Both the position numbers and the translations under genes were made by a program. Shown here piece after piece: positions 52,928 to 62,052 of a stretch of 64,000 bases of DNA. Origin of the DNA: a virus. Below the pieces are notes generated by a model. It made no database searches, was not told the DNA's origin, and saw nothing but the letters and a program-made list of their open reading frames with translations. The DNA is taken from IMG/VR virus record IMGVR_UViG_3300034175_000017, positions 17,357 to 81,356 of that record, one strand, 5' to 3'. The first letter of the stretch is position 1. Each line of letters begins with the position of its first letter.

Positions 52928-53699
52928 ATCCTGTCCTGTCTGCGAGACCCTTAGTCCCCTTGATCTTCAGTCCAACGACGACACCCTTAGCGTCGATGGG
53001 GCGGTAGTCGTGCTCGTCACCGTCGATAACTGGCAGGCCCAAGTGAATGGTGGGCACACCCTTCTTCGGAAACACGGATGCGATGTTCATGCCGCGAGCA
53101 ATCTCACTCTGGACGTGCTTGGCGTTGATTTCGCTCTCGCTGAACGTCAGGTGATAGTTGGCAGGCGGGTTGCGCCCCGGTGCCTTCGTGTAGTCATAGA
53201 ACTGCACGTCACTGAACAGGTTGATGATGCTGATCTTTCCGTCAGCCTTGCGACCGATCTTCTCGGCCACCCAAGGATAAAGATTGAACAGCTTATGCTC
53301 GTAGAGAATGTCCGACGTGCCGTTGAGACGAAACGCGGCTTCCATCTGTGCAGCCTTGGCTTGCGGCAGGGCCTTGTTGATTTCGAGCGCAAGTATATTC
53401 ATGAACAAGTCGCGGTTGTCGAAGTAAAGATTGGTCTTCTTAAGACGAGCTTGGTTTTTCGCCTTGAAATACAGTGGGTTGCCAGCATACTGCAAGCAAG
53501 CATCGGAGCAACCCGGCGAGCGGAACGGGCAGACCTCGCGGCCACTGGTATCACCAGCGGCAAGGTGCAGGACCCAAGTCATTACGCCAACCTTGCCGTT
53601 CTTGGCGACCTTAGGGTTGGCGAGTGGGTCAGAGAGCAGGCTGTTGATGCCAGCTTCACGATACAGGGCGGCGAGGCTTTGGTTCTTGGTCTTAGTCAT
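52905..53699 (-). CDS. GP88-like protein (degenerate radical-SAM-like, Cys cluster)
   Basis: CPFRSPGCSDAC, RLNGTSDI, FYDYTK, YHLTFS, DGDEHD.R. Confidence 0.75.
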   Translation of the reverse strand: MTKTKNQSLAALYREAGINSLLSDPLANPKVAKNGKVGVMTWVLHLAAGDTSGREVCPFRSPGCSDACLQYAGNPLYFKAKNQARLKKTNLYFDNRDLFMNILALEINKALPQAKAAQMEAAFRLNGTSDILYEHKLFNLYPWVAEKIGRKADGKISIINLFSDVQFYDYTKAPGRNPPANYHLTFSESEINAKHVQSEIARGMNIASVFPKKGVPTIHLGLPVIDGDEHDYRPIDAKGVVVGLKIKGTKGLADRTGFAHHAQA

Positions 53700-53731
53700 G
53701 TGGATTTCCTAATAGGTGAGGGTTGGTTTGA

Positions 53732-54031
53732 TTAGTCGAACGTCGGCACGCTGCCGTCAGCACGTTGGAGAATGACGCAGCGACCGCTGTATCTGATTGG
53801 CTCGGGAGAATAAACTCGACCATCATATACACGCTCAAAGTAGGTGGTCGTGTAGTTTTTTCCACCCTTGATCTTAGCGATGTAACCGATGTTTAGGCTG
53901 GCTCGTCCGTTGCTACCGCCCTCGGGCTTGGCCACAAGATCACCGACGAGTATTTCTCGGCCATACATGTCGAGGCCGTCATTGATGTGACTACGCCGAC
54001 GCTCTGCGACTTCGGGCTTTCTAAAGTGCAT
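53732..54031 (-). CDS. Hypothetical protein
   Basis: DMYGREILVGDLVA motif. Confidence 0.6.
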   Translation of the reverse strand: MHFRKPEVAERRRSHINDGLDMYGREILVGDLVAKPEGGSNGRASLNIGYIAKIKGGKNYTTTYFERVYDGRVYSPEPIRYSGRCVILQRADGSVPTFD

Positions 54032-54087
54032 GAGTTTTCGTCCTTTTGAAAAAGTCGGGCAATTCCCGCGCAATTTTTTTCGTGTTT

Positions 54088-54240
54088 TTAGGAGGACCAG
54101 TAGGTCTCGCTACCGACACTCATGAAAAACGGCGTGCCGTCTGCTTCCTCAATCCACTTACCGGACATGATGTTCATGACCCAACGATAGCCCTCGCGGG
54201 GAGGCGTGGTTGGTTTTGGTTCGCGCTTATACTGCGGCAT
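54088..54240 (-). CDS. Small phage protein (50 aa) ending TPFFMSVGSETYWSS, not in the ORF track
   Basis: Manual translation; resembles a recurrent small phage family ending SETYWS. Confidence 0.7.
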   Translation of the reverse strand: MPQYKREPKPTTPPREGYRWVMNIMSGKWIEEADGTPFFMSVGSETYWSS

Positions 54241-54243
54241 GGC

Positions 54244-54477
54244 TTATATCCAATCAGGATTTATGGTGATGTTCAAAGGCGGGATTTTTGTGACCCACCC
54301 TGCATCAAGTGTCTGCACTTGACGACGCGGCTGCGGTGCCCCTGTCTTAGTCAGGAGAGGCACGATTTTAAGGAGAGGGTTGGTTCCTTTTCGTTCCGTC
54401 ACCTCTATCACGATGCCTTTCCAAGCAGCGTGATAGTGTGACACAACAAACTGGCCCTTTTCCCATTTGGGCTTCAC
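54244..54477 (-). CDS. Hypothetical SH3-like protein
   Basis: GTG start after GAGGG. Confidence 0.55.
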   Translation of the reverse strand: MKPKWEKGQFVVSHYHAAWKGIVIEVTERKGTNPLLKIVPLLTKTGAPQPRRQVQTLDAGWVTKIPPLNITINPDWI

Positions 54478-54478
54478 G

Positions 54479-54838
54479 TTACCCTCGCTGGTTTTGATTT
54501 GGATGGAACTCACCGAACAGGCAGTGTGTCATTTCGTGCCCGATTGCTTCGGGCTTATAGCTTACTGCGGGGTCGATGGTGTGGATGTAGCAGGTAGTGC
54601 GGTTGATCGTGCTGAACCCGAAGAGTTCTTCTCCGGGGGACAGGACACGACCGCCCTTACGAAGTTTGTAGCTATCCTGCAACGCCGCGTTGGTTGGGTA
54701 AAGTATCACCTTTACGTCACGTTCTGGCAGCAGCAGTTCGTTCCCTTTCTCAAAGGTGTAACCGTCTGCGGCTCCAGTGCCAACGTCACACGACGCAAGC
54801 AATAGGCAACTCGCTGCTAGGGCTAGGATTTTCTTCAT
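54479..54838 (-). CDS. Lipoprotein with HExxH motif
   Basis: Lipobox LLASC; GHEMTHC. Confidence 0.7.
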   Translation of the reverse strand: MKKILALAASCLLLASCDVGTGAADGYTFEKGNELLLPERDVKVILYPTNAALQDSYKLRKGGRVLSPGEELFGFSTINRTTCYIHTIDPAVSYKPEAIGHEMTHCLFGEFHPNQNQRG

Positions 54839-55085
54839 GGTCAGGCTCCGTGGGGACGAGGGTGAGTAGGTGAGTGTCAACTTCTAACCACAATCGAGCG
54901 CCGCAGGATAGTGGCTTGTGAGGCCGGTAGACGAACCTACCGACCTCACGCCCTTCGACCATCAACGCTACTTCATGGGCACGCTCGGCACCCTTGTAGT
55001 CACGGACGATAATCGCAGGGTCATTCGTTCCTTCTTTGGTGTTACGGCGGATGGCGTCTTGTGCGACGTGCAGGATTTGCTTCAT
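54786..55085 (-). CDS. Hypothetical phage protein
   Basis: LHVAQDAIRRN ... KPLSCGARLWLE. Confidence 0.65.
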   Translation of the reverse strand: MKQILHVAQDAIRRNTKEGTNDPAIIVRDYKGAERAHEVALMVEGREVGRFVYRPHKPLSCGARLWLEVDTHLLTLVPTEPDHEENPSPSSELPIACVV

Positions 55086-55088
55086 GAT

Positions 55089-55481
55089 TTAGCCGAAGGC
55101 CCTCTTCAAGAGTTGATAGTCAGACGAATTGGAAAATCCAACGTTGCGAGGCGGCAAGTGGATTGTCTTGCCGGATACGAACCGATCAAAAGCAATCGCC
55201 ACGCCCACCTTGCGGTCGAACTGATCGTGCTTGGACACAATCGCTGTGGCAACTTCCAGCGGGCCGGTCTTGTTTCCTCGGGGACGATACACCACCGTCA
55301 CGTCACGCTGAATGCTGGACACATCACTCATGCGGAAGTGAGCGACGTTCAAACCGGCTTGCTTGACCGCTTCGCCTGCCGAGGCAGGCTGTTCGGCGGT
55401 GCAGAACTGGCGATTGTCAACAAAATTGGCACCGAATATCGTATTGAAAAGCTCGGTGATGGTTGGCAGTGGAGTGCTCAT
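55089..55481 (-). CDS. Hypothetical phage protein
   Basis: SKHDQFDRKVGVAIAFDR motif. Confidence 0.65.
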   Translation of the reverse strand: MSTPLPTITELFNTIFGANFVDNRQFCTAEQPASAGEAVKQAGLNVAHFRMSDVSSIQRDVTVVYRPRGNKTGPLEVATAIVSKHDQFDRKVGVAIAFDRFVSGKTIHLPPRNVGFSNSSDYQLLKRAFG

Positions 55482-55684
55482 TGTCCTGTTTCCTTTTCGA
55501 GGAGGTCGATTAGCTTGGCGTAGGCGTCTCGGGCGTCGAGCATGTTCGCACCCTTGTCGGCATCGAAGTCGTCACCGAACTTTTTGACGCCCTTGTCTAG
55601 CTTACGATAACGCTCACGCAATCCGCTAAGGATGCGACCTACGTCACGGCGATCAAGGGGAGGAAGCGTAGTCATCTTCGACAT
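55478..55684 (-). CDS. Hypothetical protein
   Basis: Coupled ORF. Confidence 0.6.
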   Translation of the reverse strand: MSKMTTLPPLDRRDVGRILSGLRERYRKLDKGVKKFGDDFDADKGANMLDARDAYAKLIDLLEKETGQ

Positions 55685-55745
55685 AATGTTCTTCTCTTTC
55701 GTTGGTAAGCAGGGGGCGGCAATACAACGCCGCCCCCGTATTTAG

Positions 55746-56600
55746 TTAAGCAGACTTCTTGGCGAACTGCCCTTTGGCATTACGCACCGGACCAGTGACA
55801 ATCGCAGCAGGCGGTGCAACAGGCTGTATGTCATGGATGCGACGACCCTGCGGGTAGAAGTCCTTCACCTGATCGAGCGGCACCTCACCGACGACCTGAT
55901 AACGGAACGCACGACCTTTCTGCCAGCCGTAGTCGCGTGGGAACGCCACAACGTCGGCAGGGTTGATCTTCAACGCAACGATGCGGCTACCACCCGAAGC
56001 GAACTGCGGCAGGTAATCGGCAGAGCAGAAGTGCAGACCCGTCGAGCAGGTGTTGTCAGGGTTCGCATCACACTCGGTGCGGTCCATTTCCAGCGTGTTA
56101 CCGATGTGATGGTCGAAGTCCTGCGCTCCACGACGACGGCTCGAATGGATGCTGCCGTAGTTCTCGGTGACAGCCTTCCACGCGAGGATGTGACCATCCG
56201 GGGTGATCGGCAGATTGCTGTTCACGACCCAATCGTAAAGGTCGGTAGCAGCACGCGGGTCAGGGTTGGAGAACGCATTGGCTAAGAATGCCTTGAACGG
56301 CGCAGCCGCAGCTTCCTTACCCTCGCTGGAGAAGCCGAGAATGAGCTTCGCCAGAGCACCGGCAACTTCGTAGCCCTTGTAGAACAGCTTGCCGTTCTTC
56401 ACCAGCACGTCGCCGTCAGTGAACGCCTCAATTGCCTTGGGAATGGACAACAGAGGCTCAAGGGTGGCCTCGTCGGCTCCGTCAAGCAATGCCTCACGGA
56501 TTTGGGTGAAGTTGGGATGCGTCTTGGGAATCACCTTCGGGATGAAGTTGATCGTCGCGGTGATGGTCGTCTCGGTGATGCTGTAGGGAACCTTGTTCAT
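55746..56600 (-). CDS. rIIB: rIIB-like protein
   Basis: ITPDGHILAWKAV, CSTGLHFC, KINPADVVAFP.DY; follows rIIA. Confidence 0.88.
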   Translation of the reverse strand: MNKVPYSITETTITATINFIPKVIPKTHPNFTQIREALLDGADEATLEPLLSIPKAIEAFTDGDVLVKNGKLFYKGYEVAGALAKLILGFSSEGKEAAAAPFKAFLANAFSNPDPRAATDLYDWVVNSNLPITPDGHILAWKAVTENYGSIHSSRRRGAQDFDHHIGNTLEMDRTECDANPDNTCSTGLHFCSADYLPQFASGGSRIVALKINPADVVAFPRDYGWQKGRAFRYQVVGEVPLDQVKDFYPQGRRIHDIQPVAPPAAIVTGPVRNAKGQFAKKSA

Positions 56601-56623
56601 ATCGTTTTCCTTTTGTTTTCGTT

Positions 56624-58807
56624 TTAGAGATTGTTGAGAAGAAGTGCGCCGTTTTTGTCGTCGCTGCTGTAGTCAAAAAGACCGAGGACTTGCTTAGCGA
56701 AGGGCTGCTTCGTTTCAAAGTCCGCAATCAGCTTGTCGAAGTCAACGTTTGCAGGCTGGATTGGCACAATGTCTGCCGCAACGGCCAGCATACGAACATC
56801 GCCGGTCAGTGGAACGATGTTGTCGTCATACAACTTGAGGATTTGACCGAACGGAGTTGCTTCCTGTGCCGCCGTCAACGTGAGTTGGTCACGAATACGA
56901 CGGATACGAGTGAACAACTTAGCCAAGCCGCTGTGATTAGCAGTCGCCAACCACTCACCAAGATTTGGATACTTTCCTTTCTCTGCATCGAGACGTGGCT
57001 GATACACGTCGTCGAACTTCTCAAACCCAACAGCTTTCAGCTTGGGAGCATCTGAAGTATTGACGAACAAAAGCTCGTCCCACTTGATGATACCGGACTT
57101 CATCTTGCTGATGAAACCATCAGGGAACGACCACGCCGTAAGCTCCACAAGAATACCAGTGGTAGGCTGATCGGCGTAAGCAATCTCCTTAACTACATCG
57201 CGCTTGGCGCGAGCCGGTGATAGATTGTAGACCGTGTTGCCATGAAGGTCACGCTCACCGTTGTAGGTGAACATACGAACCCGAGGCCGAACAATCGCAG
57301 CAGCACCGCTGCCAACAGTCCGAACCATACGAGCAGGTTCAGGCAAGCTGGACAACGTGACAGTATTCGTCGGACCGCCTAAGAAATCGAGCAATTGCTT
57401 GATCGACTTTGCGTTAGTGTTGTCGGCAGCACGAAGAACAAGAGCACCGGACTTGTTGTGCGTCTCAAGATACTGCTCGATACGCGCCCTTGTGCGGCTC
57501 TTACCGGCAATCACCATATCGTCAATCAACACAACAGGCCATGCACCCGGCGTGATTTCCGTAATCACGTCTCCAAGCGTCTGGAACTTGGGAGTGCCGA
57601 TGCCACGGTTCACACCGTAAGTGCGCTTGGAAGCCTGCCACGCAGAAGCACCCTTCGGAAAATCCTTAGGCCACTGTGCATCGTAAAGCTGCGTAACACG
57701 GTTCCAAAGCGTCTTGACCTTGAAGTCCGTGCTGGCATGCAACTGCTCACCCTTATACTTCGCATAGTTGCGAAGCATTCCGGTGCGACCACCGTTGCTG
57801 CCGTAACGCTGGCTTCCACCAAGGTTCGACAACTGATTGTAGAGGTCAACCTGCGCTGACCACTTGGTCTTGTGATGGTCGAACAGCGTGGCAAAGGTTT
57901 CAGCAACCTCGTCCACGATGCCGCTCATAGCCTTAGCAATCGCCAGACCAGTGCGCTCCGTGTAGGACAACGCCTCACGACTGATCGCAATATCAACCGA
58001 ACCAATCGGCAAGGTCAGGTCGATGCCGTAATCGAGCAGCGGTGCAGCCTTGCTGTCACGCCGCACAGACCACGGAAGCGAGTCGGTGGACACTGGATAA
58101 CGCACGCCGCCCATAATCACGCCCAGCGGGCCGCTCTGTGGCCGCATGGCCCATTTGCCAGCCGCCGAGACATGCGAATAGTCAGGAGCACTGATCGAGC
58201 CGTTGGTGATCGTCGGCAGCGGGTTGAAGAACTGCAACGCTGTCTGCGCTGCGCTGCGAAAGTCGTCCATGTCGTCAAGCTCAACAGGGAAGCTGACCTC
58301 GACGCCATTGCTCTCGTCGGTCGTGGTCTGTGCGACCAAGCCAACCGAAGGGATGCCGTCAGCATCCTTGAACATGGTGTAGACCGACAGCACAGCGTTA
58401 TGCACCACACGCAGCGTGAACTGGTCAGTATAAGCGAAGGGCGACTTGGAACCGATGCCGAAGCCACCGATCTGATCGTTCGACTGATCCTTGGTCGAAC
58501 CGTCCGTGTAAGCCATGAAAGGCCCCATCACGAAGTCGTGAGCCATGCCGGTGCCGTGGTCCTTGACCTTGAACTCTGGCTCAAGCTCGGTGGGCAGGGT
58601 CACTTCGACAGGGATTTCAGGGGTGCCAGCGGCAGTGTGAGCGTCGATGCCATTCGCTACAAGCTCACGCGCAATGGCGACGGGCTTGTTGGCGTAGGTC
58701 TGATCGGAGAACATGTCGAACACTTTCTTGCTCGACTTGATGGTGGCCTGTGCCACCTGCATTTGTCCGCTTGAAATGATCGGACGAACTACGTTGTTGA
58801 GTTGCAC
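56624..58807 (-). CDS. rIIA: rIIA-like protein (GHKL/Hsp90-type ATPase N-domain)
   Basis: RELVANGIDAH, VKDHGTGM, STK, IGGFGIGSKSPFAYT, SREALSY. Confidence 0.9.
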   Translation of the reverse strand: MQLNNVVRPIISSGQMQVAQATIKSSKKVFDMFSDQTYANKPVAIARELVANGIDAHTAAGTPEIPVEVTLPTELEPEFKVKDHGTGMAHDFVMGPFMAYTDGSTKDQSNDQIGGFGIGSKSPFAYTDQFTLRVVHNAVLSVYTMFKDADGIPSVGLVAQTTTDESNGVEVSFPVELDDMDDFRSAAQTALQFFNPLPTITNGSISAPDYSHVSAAGKWAMRPQSGPLGVIMGGVRYPVSTDSLPWSVRRDSKAAPLLDYGIDLTLPIGSVDIAISREALSYTERTGLAIAKAMSGIVDEVAETFATLFDHHKTKWSAQVDLYNQLSNLGGSQRYGSNGGRTGMLRNYAKYKGEQLHASTDFKVKTLWNRVTQLYDAQWPKDFPKGASAWQASKRTYGVNRGIGTPKFQTLGDVITEITPGAWPVVLIDDMVIAGKSRTRARIEQYLETHNKSGALVLRAADNTNAKSIKQLLDFLGGPTNTVTLSSLPEPARMVRTVGSGAAAIVRPRVRMFTYNGERDLHGNTVYNLSPARAKRDVVKEIAYADQPTTGILVELTAWSFPDGFISKMKSGIIKWDELLFVNTSDAPKLKAVGFEKFDDVYQPRLDAEKGKYPNLGEWLATANHSGLAKLFTRIRRIRDQLTLTAAQEATPFGQILKLYDDNIVPLTGDVRMLAVAADIVPIQPANVDFDKLIADFETKQPFAKQVLGLFDYSSDDKNGALLLNNL

Positions 58808-58830
58808 TTGATGCTCCCTTTAGGAATATA

Positions 58831-58867
58831 CCCTACAAGGTATAAAGCTAGTTTATACCCTGTAGGG
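58831..58867 (-). promoter_or_regulatory. 16-bp hairpin in the rIIA leader, no U-tract
   Basis: cccuacaggguauaaa-cuagc-uuuauaccuuguaggg; the single DNA mismatch is G-U on the minus strand. Confidence 0.6.
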
Positions 58868-58874
58868 GATGAGG

Positions 58875-59228
58875 TTACGCTGCGATTTCCAGCAAGATGT
58901 GCGCTAGGTGCTTGTCGTTGGGCTTGAACCCTTCACGCGGCGCTTGGCTCTCGGTAGCGAGAGCCTTTGCATCGCGGATTTTGTCAAGCCGGAACATCCG
59001 CCAACCCGGCAAGGGCTGGCTGGACTCACCAGCAGTTTGGTAGGCTCGCACGGCGAGCTTCCCATCCTTCGTGATACCGAGGGAGTGAGCCTCGGCTACT
59101 CGTAGCTGATCGTCATACTGAAATGACAAGAGCCGGTTTACCCGAAGGGCGTTGTAGACTTCCCGCACGGCGGCGAGAGAGAACTGGTCAGCACCCAAAA
59201 GGGCGTGAACAACATCAGCGGTTTGCAC
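58875..59228 (-). CDS. Stand-alone WYL-domain protein
   Basis: LSFQY..R..EAHSLG..VRAYQ..GWRMFRLDKI; RBS GGAGAAG before GTG. Confidence 0.8.
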   Translation of the reverse strand: MQTADVVHALLGADQFSLAAVREVYNALRVNRLLSFQYDDQLRVAEAHSLGITKDGKLAVRAYQTAGESSQPLPGWRMFRLDKIRDAKALATESQAPREGFKPNDKHLAHILLEIAA

Positions 59229-59436
59229 GGTTATACTTCTCCACTTGAACTGGTCGGTCCGAACCGGGGGCGATTGCACGACGCGCTGGAACCACACGCT
59301 TCGTCTTCTTGGTCACATGCACATCAGGCACGCTAAGGTGCCGTTTGCGGGCACCGATCAAGAATGGGTGGGCGTAGCCAAACCGGGGCGTTCCCGTCAG
59401 TTTGTCTAGGCCAGTCTGAATGAGTAGCATCGTCAT
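59215..59436 (-). CDS. Hypothetical basic protein
   Basis: Fills gap in operon. Confidence 0.5.
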   Translation of the reverse strand: MTMLLIQTGLDKLTGTPRFGYAHPFLIGARKRHLSVPDVHVTKKTKRVVPARRAIAPGSDRPVQVEKYNRANR

Positions 59437-59490
59437 AATATGGGGTCTTTCTGTGTTGATAACAAGGTGGTGAAATGATTATACCTCGTA

Positions 59491-59889
59491 TTAGATTTCG
59501 TCCACGCCATACTGTGTGCCGGTGTGAACCTTGGACTCGACCACTTCGTCATCCTCGAACGTAACCTCAAGAACAGGCCAGCCCTTGTAGGTTGAGGAGT
59601 GCTCCATGCGGCCATAGTTCAAGCTGGTAAGAGCTTGGCCCAAGTTCAGGAAGCGGGTCTTGCGGACGGGCGGGGGCGGCGGGTTGATTAGGTCAGCGTT
59701 GTGTGGGTCGCCTTTTGGACGAGTAGAGATAAAGCGACCGTCTACCGTGTAGTTGTAAACAACCTCTCGATCTTCCTCGCTGGTGACAAGAGCAACAAGA
59801 GGATAATCCTTACGCTTCGCATCAGTTGCAACAATGCGGGCGGGCCGACCATCGCGGGTCGTGAGCGGCTTTGTTAGGTCTAGGCTCAT
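59491..59889 (-). CDS. Hypothetical phage protein
   Basis: KPLTTRDGRPARIVATD..YPLVALV motif; RBS AGGA. Confidence 0.7.
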   Translation of the reverse strand: MSLDLTKPLTTRDGRPARIVATDAKRKDYPLVALVTSEEDREVVYNYTVDGRFISTRPKGDPHNADLINPPPPPVRKTRFLNLGQALTSLNYGRMEHSSTYKGWPVLEVTFEDDEVVESKVHTGTQYGVDEI

Positions 59890-59898
59890 GTGTATTCC

Positions 59899-60288
59899 TT
59901 ACCAATCGTATGTGAAAGATGCGTTGCCCTTTTCAAGGACCCGTTCCTGCCACTCGGCAAGATTTTCTCGGGCGGCATAGAGGTTCTCGTCCTCATGCTG
60001 CTCGGCCTCGACAATGCGCTGATACATGTCGATGAACAGGACCGTCTGACCACGATCATTGTTGAAGTCGTCGTATTGGGTCATGTCAGGACCCAACGTG
60101 TCGATATATCCGTCACCATAGGTCTCGTTATCAGTCAGCACGTCGCCCTCAACGAGCTTGGTATAAGCCTGCCAACGAGTATCAAGGTCAATGTTCTTGT
60201 CCTTGAGCGACTCCAACACCGGAATGGTGTTTTCCGAAATAACTCTGCGAGCGTCAAGCAACTCGGTAACTGAATGAACTAGGCTCAA
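59899..60288 (-). CDS. Hypothetical acidic protein
   Basis: RBS AGGAG, TTGA coupling. Confidence 0.6.
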   Translation of the reverse strand: MSLVHSVTELLDARRVISENTIPVLESLKDKNIDLDTRWQAYTKLVEGDVLTDNETYGDGYIDTLGPDMTQYDDFNNDRGQTVLFIDMYQRIVEAEQHEDENLYAARENLAEWQERVLEKGNASFTYDW

Positions 60289-60617
60289 AGTGTTTCTCCT
60301 GCTCTTAACATGATGCGGGCTGCTCGCCCACTTGGTGCCTTAGTGAGAAAGCCCCCACCCTTGCCAACGGAATAGTCGAAGCCGTCAGGGTATTGGGCGG
60401 CGGTTACGTCAAGGATGCTTCCGTCCTTTCGACGCAGCCACCAATGACCCCCACCCCGAACGGGAGTTAGCCCGCTCAATCGCCCTCCCATCAGGTGATA
60501 CACCGCCTCGCTGGCGGCGTAGCACTGATCTTTTGGGTCTCCGACTGCTCGTTGAACAGCCGCAGTTACATCCTGCTCCCTCTCCGTGAGGATCAGGCGT
60601 TTCGTCTCGCAAATCAT
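60285..60617 (-). CDS. Hypothetical protein with Cys-His-Asp (papain/transglutaminase-like) pattern
   Basis: QCYAASEA, GHWWL, ILDVTAAQY. Confidence 0.6.
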   Translation of the reverse strand: MICETKRLILTEREQDVTAAVQRAVGDPKDQCYAASEAVYHLMGGRLSGLTPVRGGGHWWLRRKDGSILDVTAAQYPDGFDYSVGKGGGFLTKAPSGRAARIMLRAGETL

Positions 60618-60704
60618 AGCTCCCTCAAAAATTGAGCCACGTCATAAGGCACGTCAGGCTCGGGAGCCTTTGGCCAGAACTTGGCTAGGTAACTGTCAGG
60701 TATC

Positions 60705-61037
60705 TTATTTCCGTAGTCGGGCAAGCTCTTGCTCAAGTTGGGCGACTCGGCGCTCTTGAATTGAGAAGGCTTCTCGCTTGGCTTTGTCAATTTCTTCCTC
60801 CGTCTGCTCGCGGTAGCCGGTGATAATGAAGCGATCAGTCGAACCGCACCCATACTGGTTCACGTCGTCATACGACGTGGAGAAGCTGGTCGCACCTTGA
60901 CTGCGAAGCGTAGCTTCAATTTCGTCAATCTCCTTGCGGAGACTGTCGAGGTCGCTGTCGTATGCCGACAATTGCCCATCGCCCACTCGAACTTTACTCA
61001 CAAGACTTGCTCCGATCTTCGCATTCTGAACCGGCAC
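60705..61037 (-). CDS. Hypothetical coiled-coil protein
   Basis: Operon packing; YREQTEEE motif. Confidence 0.55.
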   Translation of the reverse strand: MPVQNAKIGASLVSKVRVGDGQLSAYDSDLDSLRKEIDEIEATLRSQGATSFSTSYDDVNQYGCGSTDRFIITGYREQTEEEIDKAKREAFSIQERRVAQLEQELARLRK

Positions 61038-61236
61038 GCACTACCGGCTGTGGGTTGAGGTGGTTGGTGAGCCACGCCTGCGCTGCTTCCACGTCCTTGG
61101 CACGATGAATGCTCTCCATCAGGCCGGGGTTGTGGCCGCAGCACTTGCAAGCAGTCTGCTGCCGATAGACAATCCACTCGACAGGGTTGCTGTAGCTGAT
61201 GATGTCGTAGCCCTTGGGCATGTTGAACTCGGCCAT
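60994..61236 (-). CDS. Hypothetical protein (CKCCG)
   Basis: RBS GGAGG. Confidence 0.55.
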   Translation of the reverse strand: MAEFNMPKGYDIISYSNPVEWIVYRQQTACKCCGHNPGLMESIHRAKDVEAAQAWLTNHLNPQPVVRAGSECEDRSKSCE

Positions 61237-61239
61237 GTA

Positions 61240-61359
61240 TTAATCCTCCATCCAAAGCCACACCAAACTGCCCAACGTGGGCAGAATGGGGTGGACAAAA
61301 TACAGCACAATCGCTGCGGTGATTAGTGCCTTGAGCACCATTACGCGGTGAAGCGTCAT
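61240..61359 (-). CDS. Small membrane peptide
   Basis: ATGA-coupled, hydrophobic, 39 aa. Confidence 0.45.
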   Translation of the reverse strand: MTLHRVMVLKALITAAIVLYFVHPILPTLGSLVWLWMED

Positions 61360-61574
61360 GCCTTGTCTCCGAACATGGAGAACAGCATGGCGATGCAGCA
61401 CGCCAGCGCAATGTAGCCGTAGGCTGCATGGCTGGTGTAATACACCGCAGCGAGGTAGCCCACATGCAGTGGGTGTTCCACTTTGTGAGCAGTTCTGTTC
61501 ATCAGGTGGATGCACAACTTGAAGCGGCACTTGACGCTCAAGCACGGCAGATTGGATACGTCAGTCATGGACAA
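61356..61574 (-). CDS. Small Cys/His-rich membrane protein
   Basis: Hydrophobic C-terminus; RBS GGAG. Confidence 0.5.
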   Translation of the reverse strand: MSMTDVSNLPCLSVKCRFKLCIHLMNRTAHKVEHPLHVGYLAAVYYTSHAAYGYIALACCIAMLFSMFGDKA

Positions 61575-61620
61575 AATTGCTCCAGTTTCTCCGAAGAGGA
61601 TGGGTGGCAGTGGTAGTTAC

Positions 61621-62025
61621 TTACTTACGCATGGCCTCCAAGATCGAGTGAATGTCCTCCGGGTTCACAACCTTGGGCTGTGTTCCGGCGATGCGACCAG
61701 TAGGCCGACGAGCGACAGGCCGTTCGGTCTCAACGAACGGGTTGGGGCGATTACGAGCACGCTCGATAAACTCCCAAGCCGTGGCCTCACGCTTGCACCG
61801 ATCGGCAATTGCCTCGTTCGTGCCCGGTGTGGGCTGCAACCCTTGAGCCTCATTGCGCTGTGCAATTTCGGCCTTCGTGGCTAGGGCCTCCTGCAAGATG
61901 TCACCAAGTGACTCGTGCCGCGCTGGTGGGTAGCACTCCGCAGGCAGAGGTTGGGGTTCCTCTGCCTGCTGCTGCGGGTTGAACAACTTCTTCAGAAAAT
62001 CCAACATATTGTTAGTCCTTTTCAT
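61621..62025 (-). CDS. Hypothetical protein
   Basis: Operon packing. Confidence 0.6.
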   Translation of the reverse strand: MKRTNNMLDFLKKLFNPQQQAEEPQPLPAECYPPARHESLGDILQEALATKAEIAQRNEAQGLQPTPGTNEAIADRCKREATAWEFIERARNRPNPFVETERPVARRPTGRIAGTQPKVVNPEDIHSILEAMRK

Positions 62026-62052
62026 AGAATGTAACTGTTTTTCATAGAAAGA

